64,000 nucleotides of DNA from an uncultured delta proteobacterium (GCA_963705115.1 CAVPIX010000010.1:1165461-1229460), one strand, 5' to 3'. Numbered from the stretch's first letter, positions 28,429 through 39,368 are shown. The notes: a model not told the origin generated them from the sequence alone. Made by a program: numbers and translations.

Positions 28429-30211
28429 GTGTTCGACTCACTTGAGGGGCTCAGCCGCACCCATTCCTGCGGGGTCCTTAGGGCCGCCGATGAGGGCCGG
28501 GAAGTGGTGCTCATGGGTTGGGTGCAACGCCGTCGGGACCACGGGGGGCTGGTCTTTTTGGACCTGCGGGACCGGGAAGGCATCACCCAGGTGGTTTTCA
28601 ACCCGGAAATCAACCCGGACGTGCACAACAAGGCCGGCGTCCTGCGGGATGAGTTTGTCCTGGCGGTGCGGGGCGTGGTGAATCTGCGGCCCCCCGACAT
28701 GATCAATCCCCAGTTGGGCACCGGGGAGATCGAGGTTATCGGCGAGGAACTGCGCATTCTCAATTCTTCCAAGACGCCGCCCTTCGAACTGGAAGACTTC
28801 CGGGTGGACATTTCCGAGGCCCTGCGTCTCAAATACCGCTATCTTGATCTCAGGCGCCCCAGCATCATGAAGCCCATCCTGTTCCGGCACCGGGTGGCCC
28901 AGGCCGCTCGGCGGTTCCTGAACGACCAGGGCTTCATCGAGGTGGAGACCCCCATCCTCACCAAGAGCACCCCGGAAGGGGCCCGGGACTATCTGGTCCC
29001 CAGCCGGGTGCAGCAGGGCTTTTTTTACGCGCTGCCCCAGTCGCCCCAGCTTTTCAAGCAGCTCCTGATGATGTCGGGTCTGGACCGCTATTATCAGCTC
29101 TGCCGCTGTTTCCGGGATGAGGATCTCAGGGCCGACCGCCAGCCGGAATTTACCCAGATCGATATGGAGATGGCCTTCATCTCCGAAGAAGATATTTACG
29201 AGGTGGTGGAAGGCCTCATCACCAGGCTGCTGGATGAGACCGCCGGGGTCAAGGTGGAAAGGCCTTATCCCCGCCTCACCTACCAGGAATGCATGGACCG
29301 CTTCGGCCTGGACCGGCCGGATACTGCGCTTCGGCCTGGAGCTGCGGGAAGTCACCCCCATCGTCCAGGACAGCGATTTCCGCACCTTCAAAGAGGTGGT
29401 GGCCCAGGGGGGCATGGTCAAGGCCCTGTGCGCCCCGGGTTTGGCCCGCCTGTCCCGCAAGGAGTTGGATGACCTGACGAATTTCGCCGGCGTTTACGGT
29501 GCCAAGGGGCTGGCCTGGGTGAAGCTGGTGAGCACCGGCTGGCAGTCGCCCCTGGCCAAGTTCTTCCCCGATGGCGTCAAAACCGCCATCACCGACCACC
29601 TGGGCGCCAGGGAAGGGGATATTTTCTTCTTTGTGGCGGATGTGCCCCAGGTAGTAAACACGGCCCTGGGGCAACTGCGCCTCCATTTGGGCCAGCAGGA
29701 GAATCTCATCCCCGAAAACACCTTCAACCTGGTGTGGGTCACGGACTTTCCCTTGCTTGAGTATGACTTGCAGGAAGGGCGCTATGCCGCCATGCACCAC
29801 CCCTTTACCGCGCCCAGGGAAGATGATATTTCTTTATTGAAGACCGATCCAGGCCGGGTGCGGGCCCGGGCCTACGACCTGGTGCTGAACGGCCAGGAGA
29901 TCGGCGGCGGCAGCATCAGGAACTTCCGGCGGGATGTGCAGGAACAGGTCTTCCGGGTCCTGGGTATCGGCCCTGAGGAAGCGGAGGAGAAATTCGGCTT
30001 CCTCCTGGAGGCCCTGGATTTCGGCGCGCCGCCCCACGGCGGGGTGGCCTTCGGTTTTGACCGCCTGGTGGCCATCCTCTGCGGGGTCAAGTCCATCCGG
30101 GAAGTCATCGCCTTCCCCAAAACCCAGAAGGCGGGCTGCCCCATGACCAAGGCCCCCTCCCGGGTGGAGGCGGAACAGCTTCTGGAGTTGGGATTACGGG
30201 TGGAGAAATAG
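28429..30211 (+). pseudogene. aspS: aspartate--tRNA ligase, interrupted by a +1 frameshift
   Basis: ORF 28429..29472 reads ...[10 protein letters not shown] and then goes out of frame. The expected [10 protein letters not shown]... continues in ORF 29117..30211. The extra base is at about 29323 (GAT-a-CTG). Confidence 0.85.
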
Positions 30212-30310
30212 CAAAGTTCTCGGTTTTCGGTAAAAAAATCGACTCACGAGCTTGCTTCCAACATTTTTGGGTTTAAATTCAAACGTAGCCCTCACCAGGA
30301 AAGCCCAAAA

Positions 30311-30395
30311 GTCCTCCTTTTCTAAAGGGGGATTTAGGGGGATTTGCCCGGGGATTATTCAAATCCCCCCTGGCCCCCCTTTAAAAAAGGGGGGA
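30311..30395 (+). repeat. multi-hairpin intergenic element, copy 2
   Basis: Matches 28241-28321. Confidence 0.8.
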
Positions 30396-30476
30396 ACAAG
30401 AACCCGCAGGTAAATTCCTAAATAACCATGGGGCGTCCCATAACTTTTCCGGGTCGCACTAAAATAAAGAGAATGG

Positions 30477-32315
30477 ATGCACATTATGGCACGGTGGAAC
30501 CCTGAACGGCGGCTATTGGATCACGAGCACTCAAAATTCTGGAAGTATCGGCTGATGGAGGTGGAAGAACCCAACCTGATGCGGGATATTTTCCCTTATA
30601 ACGAGTTAGCCCGTATTGATTTCGACCACAAATTCGTCATGCCCAGTCCGGCTGAGGAGATGCTCATCACGGATACCACTTTCCGGGATGGCCAGCAGGC
30701 CCGGCCGCCCTATACGGTGCGGCAGATAGTGGAGATCTTCGACATGCTCCACAAACTTTCGGGGCCCAAGGGGATCATCCGCCAGACCGAATTTTTCCTG
30801 TACAGCGCCAAGGACAAAGAGGCGGTGGAACGGTGCCGGGAGCGGGGGTATCTCTTTCCGGAGGTCACCGGCTGGATCAGGGCCCACGCCGCCGACCTGA
30901 AGCTGGTCAAAGAAATGGGCCTGACGGAAACCGGGATTCTCACCTCGGTGTCCGACTACCATGTGTTCATGAAATTGAAGTGGAACCGGCGCCAGGCCAT
31001 GGAGGATTATCTGGCCATCGTCAAGGCCGCCCTGGAGTTGGGCATTGTCCCCCGGTGCCACTTCGAGGACATCACCCGGGCGGACATCTACGGCTTTTGC
31101 GTGCCCTTCGCCATTGAACTCATGAAGCTGCGGGAAGAAAGCGGCATCGATATCAAGATGCGCCTGTGCGACACCATGGGCTACGGCGTGCCCTATCCCG
31201 GCGCGGCCCTGCCCCGGAGCGTCCCTAGGCTCGTGCGGGCCATGATCGAGGATGCCGGCGTCCCCGGCCACCTCATGGAATGGCACGGCCACAACGACTT
31301 TCACAAGGTCTTTGTCAACGGCGTCACCGCCTGGCTCTTCGGCTGCGGCGCGGTGAACGGCACCCTGCTGGGCTTTGGCGAACGCACCGGCAACTCCCCC
31401 ATTGAAGCGCTGCTTATGGAATACATCAGCCTCAGGGGCACCACTGACGGTATCGATACCACGGTGATCACGGACATGGCCCAGTATTTCGAGCGGGAAT
31501 TGCACTATAAAATTCCCCCCAATTTCCCCTTCGTGGGCGCCAGCTTCAATGCCACCAGCGCCGGCATCCATGCCGACGGCATGCAGAAGTTCGAGGAGAT
31601 CTACAACCCCTTCGACACCACCAAGATCCTGAAGCGCCCTCCCACCATTTCCATTACGGACAAATCGGGGAAGGCCGGCATCGTCCATTGGCTCAATACC
31701 CGCCTGGGGCTGACGGGGCCCACCCAGGTGGACAAGGTGCACCCCGGGGTCGGGAAAATCAACAAGCGCATCATGGAGATGTACGATGACGGGCGGGTGA
31801 CCTCTATCGCCAATGAAGAAATGGAGACCCTGGCCCGCAAGTATCTGCCCGAGCTCTTCATTTCCGAGTTCGACCGCTTGAAGCATAAGGCCCGGGAACT
31901 GGCGGCCCAACTGGCCCAGGACCTGGCCGACAACGAAAAAATCCGGACCATGCAGCCGGAGCTCCAGGAGCCGGTCCTGATGAAGGCCCTGGAAAAAAAT
32001 CCCTTTATCCAGTTCATGTACATCACCAACCTGGAAGGCCGGAAGATCACGCGCAACATCACCCATATTGTGCACCGGGCCAAATTCGAGACCGCGGGCC
32101 TGGATGAGAACCTGTCCAACCGGGATTGGTTCATAGAACCCCTGAAAACCGGCAGGATTTACGTGTCGGATTTTTACACCTCCCGGTTCACCGGGGCCCT
32201 GTGCATCACGGTGAGCGCGCCCATCCGGGACGAAAATGAAGAAATCCAGGGGGTTTTGGGTCTGGATATTCGCTTCGAAGACATGGCCAAGATGGAGCAG
32301 AACGGCGAGATATAG
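30477..32315 (+). CDS. HMGL-family (homocitrate/isopropylmalate/Re-citrate synthase-like) enzyme fused to a C-terminal Cache/PAS-like domain
   Basis: ITDTTFRDGQQ, HxH (EWHGHNDF), GERTGN motifs. The last ~110 aa (FIQFMYITNLEGRK...WFIEPLKTGRIYVSDFYTS...VLGLDI) look like a Cache sensor fold. Confidence 0.7.
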   Translation: MHIMARWNPERRLLDHEHSKFWKYRLMEVEEPNLMRDIFPYNELARIDFDHKFVMPSPAEEMLITDTTFRDGQQARPPYTVRQIVEIFDMLHKLSGPKGIIRQTEFFLYSAKDKEAVERCRERGYLFPEVTGWIRAHAADLKLVKEMGLTETGILTSVSDYHVFMKLKWNRRQAMEDYLAIVKAALELGIVPRCHFEDITRADIYGFCVPFAIELMKLREESGIDIKMRLCDTMGYGVPYPGAALPRSVPRLVRAMIEDAGVPGHLMEWHGHNDFHKVFVNGVTAWLFGCGAVNGTLLGFGERTGNSPIEALLMEYISLRGTTDGIDTTVITDMAQYFERELHYKIPPNFPFVGASFNATSAGIHADGMQKFEEIYNPFDTTKILKRPPTISITDKSGKAGIVHWLNTRLGLTGPTQVDKVHPGVGKINKRIMEMYDDGRVTSIANEEMETLARKYLPELFISEFDRLKHKARELAAQLAQDLADNEKIRTMQPELQEPVLMKALEKNPFIQFMYITNLEGRKITRNITHIVHRAKFETAGLDENLSNRDWFIEPLKTGRIYVSDFYTSRFTGALCITVSAPIRDENEEIQGVLGLDIRFEDMAKMEQNGEI

Positions 32316-32378
32316 TCTGGCCGGCAACACCGGGGAGAAACCCCTCTCCCCCCTCATATCACCGCACGAGGTAGCCAC

Positions 32379-34046
32379 ATGGATGATCTGCAGAAATTGC
32401 AAGATGCTAAGGCCAAGTATGATGCCCAAGTGGACAAGGTGCTGAAAAAGATACCGGAGCGCAAGGCGGAGTTCCTCAACACCTCCGGCATCCCCGTCAA
32501 CCGGGTCTATACCCCCTTGGATATGAAAGATTTCGATTATCTCAAGCAGTTGGGCATGCCGGGTCAGTATCCCTTTACCCGGGCGGTGCAGCCCACCGCC
32601 TACCGGGGCCGCTACTGGACCATGCGCCAGTACGCCGGCTTCGGCACCGCGGAGGAGACCAACGAGCGCTACCACTTCCTCCTGAAATCCGGCCAGACCG
32701 GCCTGTCGGTGGCCTTTGACCTCCCCACCCAGATCGGCTACGACTCCGATCACGAGTTGGCCCAGGGCGAGGTGGGCAAGGTGGGGGTGGCCATCGACTC
32801 CCTCTGGGACATGGAACGCCTCTTTCAGGGCATCCCCCTGGACCAGGTGTCCACCTCCATGACCATCAACTCCCCCTGCGCCGTCATCCTGGCCATGTAC
32901 CTGGCGGTGGCCCAAAAGCAGGGGGTGAGCTTCGACAAACTCAGGGGCACGGTCCAGAACGACATCCTCAAAGAGTACCCGGCCCGGGGCACCTATATCT
33001 TCGGCCCCCGCAAATCCATGCGCCTGATTACCGACATTTTCGCCTACTGCACCGACCACGTGCCCCAGTGGAACACCATCAGCATCAGCGGCTACCACAT
33101 CCGGGAGGCCGGCTCCACCGCGGTGCAGGAAGTGGCCTTCACCCTGGCCAACGGCATTGCCTATGTAGACGCGGCCATTGCCGCGGGGCTCAAGGTGGAC
33201 GAGTTCGGGCCCCGGCTTTCTTTCTTCTTTAACTCCCATCTGGATTTCCTGGAAGAAATCGCCAAATTCCGGGCGGCAAGGCGGCTGTGGGCCAAGATCA
33301 TGGTTGACCGCTTTAAGGCCGAGGACCCCCGCTCTCAGATGCTGCGCTTCCACACCCAGACCGCGGGCTGCTCTCTCACGGCCCAGCAGCCCTTAAACAA
33401 CATCACGCGCACCGCGTTTGAGGCCATGGCCGCGGTCCTGGGCGGCACCCAGTCCCTGCACACCAATTCCTTCGACGAGGCCCTGGCCCTGCCGTCGGAG
33501 TTGGCGGTGCAGGTGGCCCTCAAGACCCAGCAGGTCATTGCCTACGAAACCGCGGTGTCTGACACGGTGGACCCCCTGGCCGGCGCCTATTACGTGGAAT
33601 ACCTCACCGACCAGATCGAAGCCCGGGCTCAGGATTACATCGACCAGATCGACAAAATGGGCGGCGCGGTGGCGGCCATCGAAAAGGGCTTCATCCAAAA
33701 AGAGATCGGCGACAGCGCTTACCGCTATCAGCGGGAAATCGAGAAAAACGAGCGCATCGTGGTGGGTCTCAACAAATTCCAGGTCAAGGAAGAAGAAAAG
33801 CCCAAGGACCTTCTCAAGGTGGACCCCCAGGTAGGCGACAAGCAGTTGGCCCGCCTCAAGGAACTGAAGAGCACCCGGGACAACGGCGCCGTCAAGCAGG
33901 CCCTGGCCGAACTCAAGAGCGCCGCGGAGGGCACCGGCAAACTCATGCCCCCCATTTTAAAGGCGGTGACGGCCCTGGCCACCCTGGGCGAAATCTGCGA
34001 CACCCTGCGGTCCGTCTGGGGCGAATACGAGATGACGGTGATGTAA
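32379..34046 (+). CDS. B12-dependent acyl-CoA (methylmalonyl-CoA family) mutase, large catalytic subunit
   Basis: [36 protein letters not shown]...[11 protein letters not shown]. Confidence 0.9.
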   Translation: MDDLQKLQDAKAKYDAQVDKVLKKIPERKAEFLNTSGIPVNRVYTPLDMKDFDYLKQLGMPGQYPFTRAVQPTAYRGRYWTMRQYAGFGTAEETNERYHFLLKSGQTGLSVAFDLPTQIGYDSDHELAQGEVGKVGVAIDSLWDMERLFQGIPLDQVSTSMTINSPCAVILAMYLAVAQKQGVSFDKLRGTVQNDILKEYPARGTYIFGPRKSMRLITDIFAYCTDHVPQWNTISISGYHIREAGSTAVQEVAFTLANGIAYVDAAIAAGLKVDEFGPRLSFFFNSHLDFLEEIAKFRAARRLWAKIMVDRFKAEDPRSQMLRFHTQTAGCSLTAQQPLNNITRTAFEAMAAVLGGTQSLHTNSFDEALALPSELAVQVALKTQQVIAYETAVSDTVDPLAGAYYVEYLTDQIEARAQDYIDQIDKMGGAVAAIEKGFIQKEIGDSAYRYQREIEKNERIVVGLNKFQVKEEEKPKDLLKVDPQVGDKQLARLKELKSTRDNGAVKQALAELKSAAEGTGKLMPPILKAVTALATLGEICDTLRSVWGEYEMTVM

Positions 34047-34047
34047 G

Positions 34048-34333
34048 AGCTTTAAGCTGTAGGCCATAGGCTGTAAGCTTTAGGCTTTAAGCGTCCTCTT
34101 ACAAAATGTAGCCACGGGCGAGAGCCTCTCGCCTGCACAGGCTGGAAAGCCTGTGCCACCGGGTGTTGATTTAATATCGCTCATGAAAAATCGTTTGTTT
34201 TCTTTTTTTTTACCGTGAAAATCCCCCGTAGGGGCGACGCATGCGTCGCCCCTACAACAGATTTTCGTCTTCGGGGGGCCCAACTCGGGTCATAAAGGTT
34301 TAGCTTAAAGCTTATGGCTTAAAGCTTATAGCT
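34048..34333. mobile_element. MITE-like composite repeat between the mutase subunit genes
   Basis: AGCTTTAAGC-type terminal arms (34048-34092 and 34298-34333, inverted) flank GCACAGG..CCTGTGC and GTAGGGGCGACGCATGCGTCGCCCCTAC hairpin modules. Confidence 0.6.
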
Positions 34334-34341
34334 AAAGGAGA

Positions 34342-34752
34342 TTGATCATGCAGGAAACACGCAAAATCAGGGTATTGGCCGCCAAACCGGGCCTGGACGG
34401 TCATGACCGGGGCATCAAGGTCATCTGCGCGGCCCTTAGGGACGCGGGCATGGAAGTGATCTACACGGGCCTCCGACAGACTCCGGAACAAATCGTCAGC
34501 GCCGCGGTCCAGGAAGACGTGGACGTCATTGCCATGAGCTGCCTCTCCGGGGCTCACGGCTATCTTTTCCCCAAGGTCATGGAAATCCTCAAGGGCAAGG
34601 GCATCAGCGACATCCTGGTCCTGGGGGGCGGCATCATCCCCGAGGAAGACGTCCCCGGTCTCAAGACCGCCGGCATTGCCGAGATTTTCACCCCCGGCAC
34701 CGACACCAACGACATCGCCAAGTATATCCGGGGAAATATCCGCAGGAACTAA
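34342..34752 (+). CDS. acyl-CoA mutase small subunit (B12-binding domain)
   Basis: [15 protein letters not shown] cobalamin-binding DxHxxG motif. Confidence 0.9.
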   Translation: MIMQETRKIRVLAAKPGLDGHDRGIKVICAALRDAGMEVIYTGLRQTPEQIVSAAVQEDVDVIAMSCLSGAHGYLFPKVMEILKGKGISDILVLGGGIIPEEDVPGLKTAGIAEIFTPGTDTNDIAKYIRGNIRRN

Positions 34753-34766
34753 CGTTGCAATTCAAA

Positions 34767-34792
34767 GGGGGTGGAGATTTTTCTCCACCCCC
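34767..34792. terminator. strong GC hairpin between convergent genes, possibly a bidirectional terminator
   Basis: GGGGGTGGAG-attttt-CTCCACCCCC. T-tracts on both sides are weak. Confidence 0.4.
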
Positions 34793-34975
34793 ATGACTTC
34801 ATTAAAATTGTCAGTTCCTGTGCCTTCCTGCGTTTGTCCTTCGGACTCCTTTTGCCCTGACAGCAGGTTTTACCTCGTTCCCAAGTTGAACTTGGGAACG
34901 AACATGGATTTCAAGCTCAGCTTGGCTCCTAGTAGCATTTCCAAGCCAAGCTTGGGAATAAGAAGAAAGTATGTG

Positions 34976-37633
34976 TTACGACGCCGCTTTTTCTCCGTAA
35001 GTCCTCTTGACCAATTCCATCTCCTCCCGCTTGCTCTGGATTACCTCGTTGAGCCTGGCTTCATGCAGCATGGTGAGAATATCCCTGATTTGCGGCCCGG
35101 GCTGAAAACCCAGGGCAATGAGGTCCCGCCCCTTGAGTTCCGGTTTCAAATGCTTGAGGTGGGTGAAGTACAGGGAGATGAGCCGCTTTGAGTGTCCCTG
35201 ACGGGACTTGGCCATCATATAGAGCAAAAACTCCGTGGGTATGGGGGAGAGCAAGCGGTAAATCTGACTGCGGCTGGGCTCCCCCTGGCGGAAGAGTTTC
35301 AGGAGGGCCTGGTCCGCAGTTTCTTTGCCCTCCAGGATGGCTGCGGCCAGCCTGGGCGGGGTTTTGAAACGGTCCAGCAGTTCCCGAAGTTCCTCAGGGG
35401 TGAGGGGCTCCACCAGCCCCAGGAAATAGACCAGCCAGCGCTCGAATTTTTCCTCCAGATAGGAAAGGTCCATCCAGGCAAGCACCGCCTGGACCCGCTC
35501 CAGCATTTTTCTGGTGCCCTCATCGAACCATAACCGGGGATGAATGGCCTTGAGAAGGTCCAACTCCGCCAGACGGGCAATGGCCGGAATGGGGCTTCCC
35601 TCGTGCAGGATAAGTTCCAGCTCGTGGAAAAGGCGCGCCCCCGAGAGGCGGTCAAAAAAGTTGTTCTTGACCGCATTGTTGATCAGGTTGATGGTGAGCT
35701 TGCTGATGCGGAAGCCGAAACGCTGCTCGAAGCGGATGGCCCGGAAGACCCGGGTGGGATCCTCCACAAAGCTCAGGTTGTGGAGCACGCTGATGCGCCG
35801 TTCCTTCAGGTCCCGGTGGGCCCCGAAAAAGTCCAACAGGGTGCCGAATTCTTCGGGGTTGAGCTTCAAGGCCAGGGTGTTGATGGTGAAGTCCCGGCGG
35901 AACAGATCCATTTTGATGGAGCTGTATTCCACCACCGGCAGGGCCCCCGGCGCGTCGTAATACTCGGTGCGGGCCGTGGCCACGTCCACCTTGAAGTCAT
36001 CCGGAAAAATGATCACCGCGGTCTTGAACTTCTGAAAGACTCGGGCCCGGGCCCCATACCGGGCCGCGAAGGTCTTGGCGAAAACAATGCCGTCCCCTTC
36101 GACCACGAGATCAATGTCCAGGTTTTCTTGCTTGATGAACAGGTCCCGGACAAAGCCTCCCACCACATAAGCGTGGTAGCCCAGCTCCTTGGCCACCTCC
36201 CCCGCCTGGGCCAGAATGGTGAGGATCTTTTTGGGCAGCCGCTCCCGCATGAGGCTGTTGATATTTTTTTTGCGCAAGGGTTGGGACCACTGGGTCTCTT
36301 CGGTCTCCTCGCTGATGTCGATGAGGAGGTTCAGGAGGTCGGTGCGGCTGATGACGCCCACGACCTCTTCCTCCTGGAGCACCGGCAGCAAACGCTGTTT
36401 GTGGACCACCAGTTTGTCACGAATCTCCGCCAGGGTATCTTCGGGGCCCACCGTGGCCACCGGTGTGCTCATGTAGTCCTTGACCGGGTGGTCCTTGAGC
36501 CCGTGGAAAATGCCTTTTTCCACAGTTTGCCGGGATATCAACCCTAACAGCCTGGCATCCTCCACCACCGGCAGGGCGTTGATGCTGTAACGGTTGAGGA
36601 CGAGTTCAGCGCCTTCCAGGGAGACTTCCGGAGACACCGATTTCACCGGGAAGCTCATGAGGTCCTTGGCCCGGCGCAGGGGCCGCACCCGCCGGTTGAT
36701 GATCTGCTTGAGATTTTCCTCCACCTGGGCCAGGGGCTTGTCCTTGATAGCCGCGGAGGCTGCGAATTCATGGCCGCCGCCCCCCATTTCCGCCAGGATC
36801 TCCCCCACATTGACCTCAGGGAGGCGGCTGCGGCCCACAATAAAAACCCGGTCCTCCATCTGGGCCAGGGCGAAAAGGACCTCAAGATTTTCCATGTCCA
36901 TGAACTTGTGGGCCAGAACGGCGAAATCAGCCACATACTGAGAGGCCATGGTCCGGGCCAGGACCACCTCGATGCCGTCCACCGTGAAGCGGTTGGCATT
37001 GGCGATGAGATCGTTCAGCAGGGCCACCTGCTCCACGGTGAGTTCCCGGGTGACCATCTGGGCCACCACGTTGAGGTCGGCCCCGTGGCGCAGCAAATAC
37101 GCGGCCGCCTCAAAGTCCTCTGGTGTGGTGGAGGAGAAGGTGAAGGAGCCGGTGTCCTCGAAGAGGCCCAGGGCCATGATGGTGGCCTCCTGGGGGGTGG
37201 GGTCCAACTCCTTCTCCCGCAAAATTCTGGTGAGGATGGCGGTGGTGGAGCCCAGGGGCTCTACGAGTTCCACGCTGCCGTGGAGGTCCTCCGGGGAGTC
37301 GGGGTGGTGGTCGTAAATGTGGATATCCACTTCGCCGGAGGCGGCGGCTTCGGCGAATTTGCCGATGCGGGAAACCTGGCGGGTGTCCACCAGGATGAGG
37401 CGCTTGATTTCATCTGGGTCCACATTTTTGGCCCGGGCAAAATCCAGGAAATAAAAGCTGGAGCGGATGAAAAAGTCCCGAAGATTTCCCTCCTGAGCCC
37501 CGGGAAACACCAGCAGGGCCTCAGGGTAGAGCTTTTTGGCGGCCACCATGGAGGCCAGGGCGTCGAAATCCGCGTTGAGGTGCGTGGTGATCACCTCCAG
37601 GGTGCGGCGGGCGGGGGGCTGGTTTTTGCTCAT
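34976..37633 (-). CDS. multidomain DHH/DHHA1 - CBS pair - tRNA nucleotidyltransferase/poly(A) polymerase family protein
   Basis: N-terminal DHH motifs ([15 protein letters not shown]), tandem CBS, then [10 protein letters not shown]...DIDLVVEGD polymerase-beta head domain. Confidence 0.8.
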   Translation of the reverse strand: MSKNQPPARRTLEVITTHLNADFDALASMVAAKKLYPEALLVFPGAQEGNLRDFFIRSSFYFLDFARAKNVDPDEIKRLILVDTRQVSRIGKFAEAAASGEVDIHIYDHHPDSPEDLHGSVELVEPLGSTTAILTRILREKELDPTPQEATIMALGLFEDTGSFTFSSTTPEDFEAAAYLLRHGADLNVVAQMVTRELTVEQVALLNDLIANANRFTVDGIEVVLARTMASQYVADFAVLAHKFMDMENLEVLFALAQMEDRVFIVGRSRLPEVNVGEILAEMGGGGHEFAASAAIKDKPLAQVEENLKQIINRRVRPLRRAKDLMSFPVKSVSPEVSLEGAELVLNRYSINALPVVEDARLLGLISRQTVEKGIFHGLKDHPVKDYMSTPVATVGPEDTLAEIRDKLVVHKQRLLPVLQEEEVVGVISRTDLLNLLIDISEETEETQWSQPLRKKNINSLMRERLPKKILTILAQAGEVAKELGYHAYVVGGFVRDLFIKQENLDIDLVVEGDGIVFAKTFAARYGARARVFQKFKTAVIIFPDDFKVDVATARTEYYDAPGALPVVEYSSIKMDLFRRDFTINTLALKLNPEEFGTLLDFFGAHRDLKERRISVLHNLSFVEDPTRVFRAIRFEQRFGFRISKLTINLINNAVKNNFFDRLSGARLFHELELILHEGSPIPAIARLAELDLLKAIHPRLWFDEGTRKMLERVQAVLAWMDLSYLEEKFERWLVYFLGLVEPLTPEELRELLDRFKTPPRLAAAILEGKETADQALLKLFRQGEPSRSQIYRLLSPIPTEFLLYMMAKSRQGHSKRLISLYFTHLKHLKPELKGRDLIALGFQPGPQIRDILTMLHEARLNEVIQSKREEMELVKRTYGEKAAS

Positions 37634-38905
37634 GACCGGGGATGGGCCTTTTTGTGGGCCGATTTCAGGCGTTCGGCGTCAAGATGGGTGTAAATCTGGG
37701 TGGTGGCCAAATCCGCGTGCCCCAACAAAAGCTGCAGCACCCGGAGATTGGCGCCGCGCCCCAGAAGATGCGTGGCAAAGGAATGGCGCAGGGTATGGGG
37801 GGAGATGCGCCCCAGTCCGGCCACCCGGGCATGGCGCTGCAAGATCTTCCAAAACCCCTGGCGGCTCAAGCCGCTGCCCCGTTGATTGACGAACAAGATA
37901 GGGGCTGTTTTTCCCCTTGAGGAGTTGGGGCCGGCCCTCTTTGAGATATAGTTTGAGCTTTTCCACGGCTTGGGGCACCATGGGGACCAGGCGCTCCTTG
38001 TGCCCTTTCCCCAGGGGCCGCACCACCCCCCGGCGCAGGTCCACCTGTTTTAAGGTCAGGCCCACGAGCTCCGAGACCCGGAGACCGGTGGCATAAAGCA
38101 CTTCCAACAGGGCCGCGTCCCGCTGGCCTTGGGGGGTGGAGGGGTCCACCGCACCCAGCAGCGCCGCCACTTCCTGTTCGTTCAGCACCTGGGGGAGCTT
38201 CAGGGGGAGCCGCGGGGAGTCCAAAAGCTCCACCGGGTTGGTGGGAAGGCGCTCTTCCCGCTGCAAAAAGCGGAAAAACTGGCGCAGGGCCGACAGGCGC
38301 CGGGCCCGGCTGCGGGCCGACAGACCCCGGGATTGGAGAGCAGTCAGATAGTTCTGAAAATCCTCCAGGCTCGCCTCTTCCCAGGCCTCCTTCTTGAGGG
38401 AGCGCAGAAATTCCCGGAAATCCTGCAAATCGTGGGCATAGGACTCGAGAGTCAAAGGCGCCAGACCCCGCTCCGCGCCCAGGTGGTGGTAAAACTGCTC
38501 CAGGAGCTCGTCCATGTAGTCGGGGCCGGCGGCCTTAAGCCCGGACAACAGGGCCTGGAGTTCGGTCTGGCTCAACACCTGGGAGGGGGCCGGATCCTGG
38601 TCCGGCCAAGGGAGCGCGGCCAGGGGATTTTCCGTAATTATCCCTTGCTCCCCGAGAAACCCGAAAAACCGCTGGAGCGCCAGCCGTTGCTGCTCCAGAT
38701 GCCGCAGGGAGAAGTCCTGGCGGGTGAGATCCTCGAAATAGGCCCGGCAATCGTTAGGCGTCACTTCCGGCCAGCGGCTCCGGCCTTTTTCCTGGACAAA
38801 GGAGGAGAAATGCTGCAGATCCTGCTCCCAGGCCTCAAGGTAGGAAGCGGGCAGATCGGGGTCGTTCTGAACCTGCTGAAAAAATTGGCGAAGGATGCTG
38901 TCCAT
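37630..38905 (-). pseudogene. XerD/XerC-like tyrosine recombinase with an extra N-terminal core-binding-like domain, interrupted by a +1 frameshift
   Basis: ORF 37679..38905 ends in-frame sense at ...KGKNSPYL. The catalytic end [12 protein letters not shown]...[12 protein letters not shown]...[14 protein letters not shown] is in ORF 37630..37896. The extra base is near 37897. Confidence 0.75.
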
Positions 38906-39024
38906 AGCCTGGAGTCTTTCTTATTTTCCGTTTTCATTATACCCTTAAATCACCGGATTGGCATAGTGACGGATATAGAAAGAGACCTCTCCAATATGCC
39001 GTTTGGGGGGGGAGGGTCAAGGAC

Positions 39025-39053
39025 GTAGGGGCGGGTTTAAAACCCGCCCCTAC
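39025..39053. repeat. 29-nt perfect palindrome GTAGGGGCGGGTTTAAAACCCGCCCCTAC
   Basis: Read directly. Member of the GTAGGG...CCCTAC family. Confidence 0.85.
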
Positions 39054-39347
39054 CTACCCCCTTCCCGAAAACCTTCTCCCCACCTGTATAATATTCCGGT
39101 AGCCCGGGCATCTTGCCCGAGGCGGCACGGGCTGGAAGCCCGTACTACCGCTCTATGTGATGGGCAGCTATGGTGCGAAAGATGCACCCTATGTTAATAT
39201 TTTCATGGTGTTTGGTGGCCGCCAGGACCATGAATGGCTTCCCAAGGGGAAGTTTGGAAACCGGAGGAGGTCGGTAGGTCGGGCCTCCGTGCCCGCCTCG
39301 AGAAGCCGCTCAGAATAAGATAGGGCGGGCGCTCTCCGGCAAATAAT

Positions 39348-39368
39348 GGTGGGCAGTGCCCACCCTAC
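39348..39368. repeat. GGTGGGCAGTGCCCACC-CTAC palindromic module
   Basis: Read directly. Related copies at 49303-49323 and 20595-20620. Confidence 0.8.

Noticed and set aside
30606-33353. 915-aa minus-strand ORF, the longest in the track
   Set aside because: It lies antisense to two well-supported plus-strand genes (citrate-synthase-like and mutase). The translation is Gly/Ala/Pro/His-rich with no motifs. This is the typical shadow ORF of GC-rich DNA.
34080-34283. ORFs encoding ...CRGDACVAPTG... (also 61868..62074)
   Set aside because: They are translations of the GTAGGGGCGACGCATGCGTCGCCCCTAC repeat element in two orientations, not genes.
37630-38905. Tyrosine recombinase as an integrase marking a mobile element or prophage
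   Set aside because: It is XerC/D-like in its motifs and coupled to housekeeping genes. No att repeats, phage or transposon genes flank it.
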